DNA of 64,000 nucleotides, taken from NCBI GenBank assembly GCA_040768605.1, contig JAXGMP010000004.1, positions 176,141 to 240,140 of the forward strand, in the 5' to 3' direction. Below, piece by piece: positions 8,374-16,424 of the stretch. Position 1 is the first letter of the stretch. Every line of letters begins with the position of its first letter. A program made the position numbers and the translations under genes. The DNA is from Anaerolineae bacterium (GTDB lineage Bacteria; Chloroflexota; Anaerolineae; UBA1429). Under the pieces are notes generated by a model. That model worked only from the letters and a program-made list of their open reading frames with translations. It was not told where the DNA came from and made no database searches.

Positions 8374-9171
8374 CTATATCCTCCCGAACGATGACAGATA
8401 CTCGGCCTTGAGGTAGCGCTCCAGCACCAGCAGGAGCAGGATCCCCGGCACCATGAGGAGCAGCGCCGTGATCGAGGCCACCGGCAGCTCGTACCCCTGG
8501 CTGGCGTTATACATGAACACCGGCAGCGTCAGCACAAAGGGAGAGCCGACCAGGAGCGTGCCGGTGAACTCGTCGAGCGAGTAGAGAAAGATGAGCAGGC
8601 CCGAGGAGATGATCCCCGGGATGGCCAGCCGCAGCGGGATGTTCAGAAAGGTGCGCACCCGCGAGGCGCCCAGGTTGATGGCCGCCTCCTCCAGGCTGAC
8701 GGGGATCGACTTGAACACGGCCGTCATCGTCCACACGGCGTAGACCAGCGCGCCGACCATATGGATCAGCACCACGCCCGGCACTCGCCCGGCCAGGTTG
8801 AGCCGGTACAGGTACACCGTGGCGTTGACAAAGACCGGCAACTGCGGGAAGGCCTGCGGCAGCATAAAGATCATCAGCACCACGGCCTTGAAGGGCACAT
8901 TGAAGCGGGCCAGCACGTAGGCCAGCGGCACCGTGAACAGGAGCGATAGCCCCGTCACCAGGAAGGCGATCAGCACGCCCACCTCCAGCGCCTGGCCCAT
9001 GCGTCCCTGGAAGACCTTGGCCCAGTAAAAGGTGCCCACCTGCTGCGGCAGGAGGTGGGGCCAGTACCACTTTTCCGCCACCGACCAGATCACCAGGCCA
9101 GACAGCGGCCCAAAGATGATGAACAGGGCGAACACGACCAGTACCATGCGGACGATCTGCGCTTTCCTCAT
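8374..9171 (-). CDS. ABC transporter permease
   Basis: Six-TM MetI-like permease. ATG at 9171 (MRKAQIV) follows the upstream stop at 9180. Confidence 0.85.
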   Translation of the reverse strand: MRKAQIVRMVLVVFALFIIFGPLSGLVIWSVAEKWYWPHLLPQQVGTFYWAKVFQGRMGQALEVGVLIAFLVTGLSLLFTVPLAYVLARFNVPFKAVVLMIFMLPQAFPQLPVFVNATVYLYRLNLAGRVPGVVLIHMVGALVYAVWTMTAVFKSIPVSLEEAAINLGASRVRTFLNIPLRLAIPGIISSGLLIFLYSLDEFTGTLLVGSPFVLTLPVFMYNASQGYELPVASITALLLMVPGILLLLVLERYLKAEYLSSFGRI

Positions 9172-9179
9172 CGCTGGGC

Positions 9180-10001
9180 CTAACCCTTCTTGGTCACCGA
9201 GCGGAGGTAGTAGATGGCCGCCCCGCTGGCGCACAGGTATGAGACCACGCCCAGGGCGTTGGCCACGCCCAGGTCGTTCTGTTGCTTGATGCGATAGTAG
9301 ACGTCGATCATGACCATCTGGGGCCCCTCGCCGCCGCCGATCATCATGGGGATGGAGAAGGAGGCCAACATCGACGTAAAGATCAGCACGGCCGCCACGG
9401 CGATGGACGTGACGGACATCGGCAGCAGCACGTCCTTGACCTGGCGGAACCAGCCCGCGCCAAAGTTGCGCGCCGCCTCGAGGAAGGTGTCACCCACCGA
9501 CTCAAAGGCGCCCAGGGTCAGCAGGATGGCCAGCGCCATGTTCTTCCAGGCCAATGAGACCGAGATGCCCACCCAGGAATAGGCGATCGAGGGGGGATGG
9601 TCGAGGTTGACCAGCCCCAGCGTCGCCAGCCCCGAGTTCAGCAGGCCGTGCGGCGCCAGGAAGATGCGCATGGCGTGCCCCACCACGACGTAGGGGACGA
9701 ACAGCGGGATCTTGAACAGGAACTCGACCCATTGGCCGCCATAGATGCGCACAAAGCCAGAGACGAGCACCGCGATGATGAGCACCAACACCAAACTGAC
9801 GGCCGAAACAAAGATGGTATAGAGCACATCGCCCGCATAGAGGCGATAGGCCGTGGCATAGTTCTGGAAGGTGAACTCCCCGGCATCGTTCAGGAAACTC
9901 GTGATCGCCGAGCGCACAAAGGGCATGAAAAACAGGCCGACCACGATCGCCAGCGACGGCAGCGCCAACAGCAGCCAGGCGCCCGCGCGCCATCGTTTCA
10001 T
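9180..10001 (-). CDS. ABC transporter permease
   Basis: MetI-like permease. ATG at 10001 (MKRWRAG) is preceded by GGAGGA. Confidence 0.85.
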   Translation of the reverse strand: MKRWRAGAWLLLALPSLAIVVGLFFMPFVRSAITSFLNDAGEFTFQNYATAYRLYAGDVLYTIFVSAVSLVLVLIIAVLVSGFVRIYGGQWVEFLFKIPLFVPYVVVGHAMRIFLAPHGLLNSGLATLGLVNLDHPPSIAYSWVGISVSLAWKNMALAILLTLGAFESVGDTFLEAARNFGAGWFRQVKDVLLPMSVTSIAVAAVLIFTSMLASFSIPMMIGGGEGPQMVMIDVYYRIKQQNDLGVANALGVVSYLCASGAAIYYLRSVTKKG

Positions 10002-10070
10002 CTGTTCCTCCGATCGCGTTGGGCTGGGCCGGGAAACCCCGACCCAGCCCAGTGCCATAGGGCCGTGGGT

Positions 10071-11219
10071 CTATTTGGCTTCCTCGTAGGCCGTCTGGAA
10101 GTCCTTCATGTACGGCGCGATCGGGAACGACAGGCCGTACTTGGCCAGCACCTCGGCGGGTATGTCGCCAAAGAGCTTCTGCTTGCCCTCCTCCGACACG
10201 TTCGGCAGGACCTTGGTGGGGTCGATCCCCGGGTACCAGCCCTGCTGGTCCACGATGACCTTGGCCTGCTGCTCGGGGCTGCAGATGAACTCGGCGTACT
10301 TGATCGCCTCGGCCGTGTGGGCGGCCTTGGCCGGGATCACGACGTACATGGGCTGGCCGGGCATGCCCGGCTCGATCAGCTTCATGCGCATCTTGGGGTC
10401 CATGCGCCCCTCGTTCTGCCAGAGGACGAACATGTCCACCCAGACGGGGCCCATGTCGATCTCACCGCGGTTGAGGCGGTCGAGGGTGTCGTTGTTGCCC
10501 GTGGTGATGGTGGCGGGCAGGGCCTTCATCTCGGAGAAGATGTCCCGCCAGGTAGCCTCGATGGCCGGATCATAAGGGCCCTTGGAGAGCTGCTCGTACA
10601 TGCCCGTCTTCCAGTAGAGCCAGCCGCCGGCAAAGGCCACGCCGCTCATGCCCCCCTTGACGCCGTTGTACCCAAAACGGTCGGGGTGTGCGTTGATCCA
10701 CTCGACCAGCTCCTCGTACGAGTTGGGCACCGGGTCAACCACCTCGGGGTTGTAGGCCAGCGCCGTCTGCGAGTGGAACATGGGGATGACATAACCGTCG
10801 CAATCGGTGCCCAGGGCGTTGCGCGCGTCTGCGGTGGTCACCAGGCTGGCGATGCTCGTCTGGGGCACGTACTTGAGCAGCAGCCCGTCCTCGATCATCA
10901 GGTTCATGATGCTCTGGTGGACGATGGCGATGTCCATGTCCCAGGTGGCCGAGCCCGCGTCGGCCTGGGCCTTGAGCTTGGTGTAGATAGTCTGGCTGCC
11001 GGCGTCGCCCGGGCCGGTGCCGACCACGTTGATCTCGACGGCGGGATGGGTCTCGACGAACTCGGGGCCGAACTTGTTGCGCTGCAGCTCCTCCATGTTG
11101 GTGTCTCCCGCGGTGACGATGGTGAGCGTCACCTTGCCGCCGGGGGTCACCACGCAGCCAGGGAGCAGCACGGCAACGAGGACCAGACAGAGGAAGAGGG
11201 TCAACGTTCTGCGCGACAT
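10071..11219 (-). CDS. ABC transporter substrate-binding lipoprotein (family-1 solute-binding protein)
   Basis: Signal peptide plus lipobox LLPGC. First gene of an SBP-permease-permease-ATPase operon. Confidence 0.85.
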   Translation of the reverse strand: MSRRTLTLFLCLVLVAVLLPGCVVTPGGKVTLTIVTAGDTNMEELQRNKFGPEFVETHPAVEINVVGTGPGDAGSQTIYTKLKAQADAGSATWDMDIAIVHQSIMNLMIEDGLLLKYVPQTSIASLVTTADARNALGTDCDGYVIPMFHSQTALAYNPEVVDPVPNSYEELVEWINAHPDRFGYNGVKGGMSGVAFAGGWLYWKTGMYEQLSKGPYDPAIEATWRDIFSEMKALPATITTGNNDTLDRLNRGEIDMGPVWVDMFVLWQNEGRMDPKMRMKLIEPGMPGQPMYVVIPAKAAHTAEAIKYAEFICSPEQQAKVIVDQQGWYPGIDPTKVLPNVSEEGKQKLFGDIPAEVLAKYGLSFPIAPYMKDFQTAYEEAK

Positions 11220-11418
11220 TGCGTTCCTCCTGGATGTGATACGATCGACCGGCCTCCAATCAAGCGACGCTGCTCACGGTGCGGGTCGAGATGGGCCTCC
11301 TTTCTGGCACGTACTGCCGGTGGCTGGGGCGTGCCGATGCCGCGGCGTGGCCCCTCCCCGGGCGCGTGGCCCGGGAGGGGGCGGGCTGCTCCGCTGTGGA
11401 CGGCTAGGCCGCCCTGGT

Positions 11419-11516
11419 CACACCGTCACGGTCACACCGTCACGGTCACACCGTCACGGTCACACCGTCACGGTCACACCGTCACGGTCAGACCGTCACG
11501 GTCACACCGTCAGGCT
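11419..11516. repeat. tandem 14-nt repeat CACACCGTCACGGT, about 6.7 copies
   Basis: Read directly. The arms ACCGT and ACGGT alternate through the array. It begins at the stop codon of the MBL gene and lies upstream of the ABC operon. Confidence 0.9.
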
Positions 11517-12242
11517 CAGGCCGTCGTGCGCCAAGGTCAGGGGGCGGCGAAAGATGCGGCCGGCCTGGGCCCGGGCGACCTCAGCCCGGCACGACGGGTA
11601 GAAATGGGTCAACACCAGGTGCCCCGCGCCGGCGCAGGCGGCGATCTCTGCCGCCTGCGAGGGGGTCAGATGGTCCGGCTTGGCCAACTCATCGGGAAAG
11701 GAGCACTCGAGCACCAGGAGGTCCGCGCCGCGGGCCAGGGCGGTGAGCTCCGGCACGGGCGCCGCGTCGCCAGAGATGACGGCGACGCGGCCGGCGGCCT
11801 CCAGTCGGTAGGCGAGCGAGCCGGGCATGTGCCCGGTGGGCGCGGTGCGCACCGTCCAGCCCGGGCCGCAGCAGGGGGCCGTCTCGGCCGGGTGGCGGCG
11901 CAGCGCGAACGTCTGCGGCCTGGCCCAGGGCTGCAGGGCCAGCAGCCCGTCGAGGAAGGGCCAGAGGGCAGACGGGGCGGTCAGGTGCAGGTCACGCGTG
12001 CGGCCGGCCAGGTCCATGGCCTGTAGGAGGGGGATCAGGTCGGCCGTATGGTCCGAGTGGAGGTGGGTGTAGTAGAGATAATCCAGGTCCTGGGGCACGA
12101 CCCCGGCGGCGAGGAGGCGGGTGATCGTCCCCGAGCCGGAATCGAAGAGGAGCGCGGCGTCGCCGATCTGCACGAGGAGCCCGGACGGTCCTCGCTCTGC
12201 ACTTGGCAGGCCAGTGCCGGTGCCCAGGAACGTCATCCGCAT
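11502..12242 (-). CDS. MBL-fold metallo-hydrolase (RNase Z/BN-like)
   Basis: MRMTFLGTGTG...HLHSDH (HxHxDH motif). GGAGGGG lies before the ATG at 12242. Confidence 0.8.
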   Translation of the reverse strand: MRMTFLGTGTGLPSAERGPSGLLVQIGDAALLFDSGSGTITRLLAAGVVPQDLDYLYYTHLHSDHTADLIPLLQAMDLAGRTRDLHLTAPSALWPFLDGLLALQPWARPQTFALRRHPAETAPCCGPGWTVRTAPTGHMPGSLAYRLEAAGRVAVISGDAAPVPELTALARGADLLVLECSFPDELAKPDHLTPSQAAEIAACAGAGHLVLTHFYPSCRAEVARAQAGRIFRRPLTLAHDGLSLTV

Positions 12243-12408
12243 GGTGGCCCCTCCGGGATGGTCAGAAGAGAGTGCGACGAACGGACCGCTGCGTCTATGG
12301 ACACGTGTGCACACGGGTTATTATAGCATATCCGCGGGGCAATGGGAAGGCTTCCGCCACGGCCCGCCACGGCCGCCGGCTCGCCTTGGGGATCGAGGGA
12401 CAAGATCG

Positions 12409-12434
12409 ACAGGATTCACAGGATTCACAGGATT
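12409..12434. repeat. 9-nt tandem array ACAGGATTC (three units)
   Basis: acaggattcacaggattcacaggatt. The same motif recurs inverted at 13157-13173 and in both arms of the element at 55370-55518. Confidence 0.85.
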
Positions 12435-12584
12435 GGGGACACGCCCAGCTCTTCTCGTCCAGGTGCCGATCTTCCCTGAAAACGGCCTGCGGGGCAGCAG
12501 GATCTGCCTCCGCTGCGGCCCGCCGCGCATGGCGACTCCGCGTCGGCCGTCCGGCGGGCCTGGCGCGGAACGGCAACCCAAGCG

Positions 12585-12711
12585 TTGTCATTCCGAGCGC
12601 AGCAGCCGGTCCGCCGGCCGGAATCTCGTCTTTGCCTCGCTTTGCGCACAGCATTGCGAAGACGAGGTCCCTCGCTCCGAAGACTCCGCTCGGGACGACA
12701 AGGCGCGAGGC
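12585..12711. mobile_element. MITE-like palindromic element, copy A
   Basis: Terminal inverted repeats TTGTCATTCCGAGCG and CGCTCGGGACGACAA. Internal arms GAATCTCGTC and GACGAGGTCC. It shares a GGCGCGAGGC tail with copy B. Confidence 0.65.
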
Positions 12712-12792
12712 ACCCCGCTGCCGCCCGGGCCGCGAGCCGCCGCGCCGGCACGTGCGGGGCGGCGGGCCTGGCGTAGGACGGCGACCCTAGCC

Positions 12793-12907
12793 TTGTCATT
12801 CCGAGCGGAGTCTTCGCAGCGAGGAATCTCGTCTTTGCCTAGCGTCTGCGACAAAGTAAATCAAGGACGAGGTCCCTCGCTCCGCTCGGGACGACAAGGC
12901 GCGAGGC
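12793..12907. mobile_element. MITE-like palindromic element, copy B
   Basis: Same termini and internal arms as copy A, with a different central loop. Confidence 0.65.
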
Positions 12908-12960
12908 CTGCCGCGGCCGTTCGGCCGGCCAGCAGCGAGCCTCTGAGCCGGCCCAGAGGT

Positions 12961-13048
12961 CTGCCGCGCGGCTTCGCGGTCCGCCGCGCGGCTTCGCGGT
13001 CTGCCGCGCGGCTTCGCGGTCCGCCGCGCGGCTTCGCGGTCTGCCGCG
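12961..13048. repeat. tandem 20-nt repeat GCCGCGCGGCTTCGCGGTC(C/T), about 4.4 copies
   Basis: Read directly. Each unit contains the dyad CCGCG...CGCGG. Confidence 0.9.
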
Positions 13049-13156
13049 CAAGAGCGGCGCTGGGGCGCCGCACTCCATGCCGGCCCGCCGCGCGCCCCGT
13101 TTTCATGCCCGCCGGTGTGCGGCCCGGCGCACATGACGACGCCACAGCAGCCTCAA

Positions 13157-13200
13157 AATCCTGTAAATCCTGTCCCTCTTCTCTTCTCTTCTCTTCTCTT
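13157..13200. repeat. inverted 9-mer array (AATCCTGTA AATCCTGT) followed by (CTCTT)x5
   Basis: Read directly. It mirrors the right arm of the element at 55476-55518. Confidence 0.85.
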
Positions 13201-13228
13201 CCCATCGCCACGAGGCGCCGGGCGCCGC

Positions 13229-15058
13229 TTAGGCGCGGAGCTCGCGCAGGTTCCCCCAGATTACATACGCCCCGGTGATCACCACAATCAGGACGACCAC
13301 AGTCCAAAAGAACTCATAGAGGAGCACCAGCCCGCAGGCCAGGGCCAGGCCGACGGCCACGCCGTCGATCAGGCGCATCAGCCGGCCGCGCATGCTGAAA
13401 TCGACCAGCGCAAAGGCACCCAGCATGGCCGCCAGCCCCAGGACGAGGTGCTGCCGGTAAAAGATCGATAGCGCCACGGTGCCGATCATCAGCAGGCCCA
13501 CGCTGACGGCCGCCCACCCCTCGACGATGCGGCCCGTGCGCGCCTGCTGGCCCGAGGAGGGGCGCAGCGGCCGGCGCAGGTGCGCCCGCTGGGGGCCGCG
13601 CTCGCCGCTGGCCAGCCGTTCCGCATGCCGGGCCAGGGCGTCGGCGGCCAGGGTGGTGGCGGCCTGTTCGCGGAGCAGGCCGTTGAGCTCCGCCGAGCGC
13701 TCGGCCATGGCCGCCCGGTAGTGGGCCGCCAGAGTGGGGACCTGCGGCTCGCTGCGGATGGCCGTGGCCTCCAGCCCCAGCCCCTGTACCTCGCGGCGCA
13801 GGGCGTCGATCTGGGCGTCGAGCTCGGCGGCGCGGGCCCGCAGGAGCGCCTGGCGCTCGGCGGCCAGCGCGACGGCCTCGTTGGGCGGCGCCACCCGGTC
13901 CAGCCCGGCCCAGCCGAGCGGGTCGTACCAGGAGCGGCGCATGCTGCCGTCGCGGTTGTACATCGGCCCGCCGGGGGCGTTCTCGCCGGAGATCGGGTCG
14001 CGGGCGTACAGCCCCCATAGCCCTCGATAGCAGGACACCCAGCCGGGCACCGGGTCCAGCAGGACGGCTTCCTGCCAGGCGCGCTCCTCTCCGGGGCCGA
14101 TGGAGAGGCCGTTCCCGTGGGCATAGTCCACAAAGGGCACCCGCAGCAGGCTGAACCCGCGCCGTTGGGCGGGGCGCCACTGCCGCCCGCCGCCCAGCGC
14201 CCGCCGCCAGGAATCGCGCAGCCGCTCGCCGGCCCGCGCCAGCGGTGAGAGGAAGGGCAGCTCGACCTCCATGAGGTACTCGCCCGGCTGGAAATACCCG
14301 GCGTGCGAGCCGGCCCCGGCGTACACCACCGGGTGCTCGCCGAGTCGCTCCAGCTCGGGGTCGTCCCAGCGGCGGCGCAGGTCATCGCCAGAGTAGTCGT
14401 GGGAGGCCAGCGCCACCCACTCGGGCTGCAGGTTCCCATCGGTGCCCGGGTAGAGGTACACAGAGACCATCTCCCAGTCACCCTCGTGGTCGTTCACCCC
14501 GTAAAAGCCGGTGCGCCAGTTGTTAAAGGCGTAAAACAGCCAGTACTGCAGCACCGTCCAGCCCTGCACGCGGGCCACCCGGCCATAGTAGACGTGCCGG
14601 GCCGCCTCCGGCGGGAGGGCCGTGTACTCGTGCCGCGCTACGACGCTGATCGCCCCCGGCACCCGCCCGCGGGCCAATAGCGCCACAGAAAAGAGCAGGT
14701 CCACAAAGCGCGAGGTGTACCCGACGCGGGCCAGCCGCCCCAGCTCGGGGCGGAAGGTGCGCTTCTGGCTCTTTTGTTCGGCCTGTATGCCGCGCAGGAT
14801 GCGGGGCACGTCGACCGATTGGACGTAGCGCAAGAACAGCACCGTCTCGGCGGCGCCCTCGAGGGGTTCGCCGAGCGCCTCCAGCGTCAGGGCGCCCTGG
14901 GGCACCAGCTGCGCGGCGCCCTCGCCGGGGTGGTAGCTCCACAGGCTGCAATCGCGCACGTAGGTGCCCACGTCCATCGGGTAAAAGGCCTCGCCGTGGG
15001 CGTAGCGCAGGATCGGCTCAAAGCGCCGCAGGAGGGCCAGGTCTTGTGCGCGGCTCAT
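13229..15058 (-). CDS. Vps62/DUF946-like protein with a coiled-coil and a C-terminal multi-TM anchor
   Basis: N-terminus FEPILRYAHGEAFYPMDV and NDHEGDWEMVSVYLY resemble the Vps62 family. An Ala/Arg/Glu-rich coiled-coil follows, and the last ~110 aa are hydrophobic. Confidence 0.55.
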   Translation of the reverse strand: MSRAQDLALLRRFEPILRYAHGEAFYPMDVGTYVRDCSLWSYHPGEGAAQLVPQGALTLEALGEPLEGAAETVLFLRYVQSVDVPRILRGIQAEQKSQKRTFRPELGRLARVGYTSRFVDLLFSVALLARGRVPGAISVVARHEYTALPPEAARHVYYGRVARVQGWTVLQYWLFYAFNNWRTGFYGVNDHEGDWEMVSVYLYPGTDGNLQPEWVALASHDYSGDDLRRRWDDPELERLGEHPVVYAGAGSHAGYFQPGEYLMEVELPFLSPLARAGERLRDSWRRALGGGRQWRPAQRRGFSLLRVPFVDYAHGNGLSIGPGEERAWQEAVLLDPVPGWVSCYRGLWGLYARDPISGENAPGGPMYNRDGSMRRSWYDPLGWAGLDRVAPPNEAVALAAERQALLRARAAELDAQIDALRREVQGLGLEATAIRSEPQVPTLAAHYRAAMAERSAELNGLLREQAATTLAADALARHAERLASGERGPQRAHLRRPLRPSSGQQARTGRIVEGWAAVSVGLLMIGTVALSIFYRQHLVLGLAAMLGAFALVDFSMRGRLMRLIDGVAVGLALACGLVLLYEFFWTVVVLIVVITGAYVIWGNLRELRA

Positions 15059-15675
15059 AGACCGTTGGCCCCTTCCTCGGCGGTCAGGATGGCGGCCTCC
15101 TCCTCCCCGGCGGTGAAGGTGAGGCGCACGTCCTCATAGTTCAGGTAGCCCACCAGCACCACGCCGGAGAGCATCACCAGGTATACGTAGGGCGGGCGGA
15201 CGGTCACGTACAGGAACAGGGCCAGGCCCAGGACGACGGCCTGCAACAGCATGGCGAACGCCCACGAGTAGCGGCGCATGGCCAAGAGCGTCAGGCCGAT
15301 CACCAGCCCGGCGGGGGCCAGCGGCAGGTAGACCAGGGCGCTGGCGATGCCCTGGCCCACCAGCGCCTGGGCCCCTCTGTAGGTGACGAGCAGGGCCAGG
15401 TCCGGCTCACGCACCAGGCGGAGGCTGAGGGGCCCCCCGCCGGCGCCCCAGGCCCCGCCCGACTGACGGACGACCTCCCGCCCGATCAGGGTCGGGGCCA
15501 GGCCGGCCAGGAAGACCGCCTGCGCCACGAGCAGCAGGCCGCTGATGGTCAGCGCCCAGGTGCGCGCGTGCGGGCGGGTGGTGAAACTGTGTGACGGATG
15601 GGCGTTCGTCATCGGGGATCGCTTTCGCCTCATGGGCCCGGCCAGGGCCGGGTGCAAGCGGCCAACGGGGCACAT
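15055..15675 (-). CDS. hypothetical integral membrane protein (start uncertain: 15675, 15633 or 15612)
   Basis: About five hydrophobic segments. Its TGA overlaps the ATG of the downstream Vps62-like gene (ATGA at 15055-15058). Confidence 0.55.
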   Translation of the reverse strand: MCPVGRLHPALAGPMRRKRSPMTNAHPSHSFTTRPHARTWALTISGLLLVAQAVFLAGLAPTLIGREVVRQSGGAWGAGGGPLSLRLVREPDLALLVTYRGAQALVGQGIASALVYLPLAPAGLVIGLTLLAMRRYSWAFAMLLQAVVLGLALFLYVTVRPPYVYLVMLSGVVLVGYLNYEDVRLTFTAGEEEAAILTAEEGANGL

Positions 15676-15729
15676 TCTACCACACTCGGCCCCCGCGCCG
15701 CACGCCGGCCGGGGCCTCGGCAGGCGGCC

Positions 15730-16254
15730 TCAGGGCGCGGCCAGCACGGCCACCCAGTAGATGCCGTAGCGCGAGGCCGCGCTGGTGGCCCGCCCTACGC
15801 CCACGTCGGTATAGCGGCTGCCGAGGAGGACGGCGCGGTGCCCGTCGCTGGCCATCCAGGCCGCCACGACCGCGGCGGGGCTGGGCTGCCCGCCGGCCAC
15901 GACCTCGCCACAGGCGCTCCAGCCGTAACTGACGCGCTCGAGGCGCTCGACCAGGTCGGCGCCGTCCGAGCCGACGTGCCCGACAAAGTCGTTGGCGGCC
16001 ATGTCGGCGGCGTGGGCGGCGGCGGCCGCCTCGAGCCGGGCCTCGCGCGTCAGCGGGCCCAGCCCGCGGGCGGCCCGCTCCGCGTTGATCAGTACGATGA
16101 CCTGGCCGGCCAGCGCGTCGGGCGCGGGGGGCGCCGGGGCCGGGCCGAAGACCACGGGCAGGTACAGCGCGTGGCCGGCCTGGGCCGCCGCCGGGCCCGC
16201 CAGCAGCAGGCCGGCCACGAGAGCCAGGGCAAGGGTAAGGGCGCGAGGTCGCAT
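15730..16254 (-). CDS. secreted CAP/SCP (YkwD-like) domain protein
   Basis: Signal peptide, then LINAERAARGLGPL...HAADMAANDFVGHVGSDG...VVAAWMASDGHRAVLL. Confidence 0.75.
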   Translation of the reverse strand: MRPRALTLALALVAGLLLAGPAAAQAGHALYLPVVFGPAPAPPAPDALAGQVIVLINAERAARGLGPLTREARLEAAAAAHAADMAANDFVGHVGSDGADLVERLERVSYGWSACGEVVAGGQPSPAAVVAAWMASDGHRAVLLGSRYTDVGVGRATSAASRYGIYWVAVLAAP

Positions 16255-16424
16255 GGTGGCAGGTCCTTCGTGGTAGGTGGACCCCAGTATAGGCGCTTCT
16301 GGCTTGGGCGCCGCATCAGCGCGCCGGGCACTTGCCCCTCGCAGGGGCGCGCAGTACCATCGTCGGCGGGGCCCCAGGGGCGCAACCCCGCTGGGGCCCG
16401 GCCGTATAATGTGCAGAGATCACG

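Noticed and set aside
9597-12026. 809-aa plus-strand ORF spanning the ABC operon and the MBL gene
   Set aside because: It is antisense to four well-supported genes. Its composition is Arg/Gly/His/Asp-rich and low in complexity, and it reads straight through the 14-nt DNA repeat (HTVTVTPSRS...). This is a typical high-GC shadow ORF.
11419-13048. Tandem repeats as a possible CRISPR array
   Set aside because: The units (14 and 20 nt) are directly abutting with no spacers and are far shorter than CRISPR repeats. No cas genes are present in the window.
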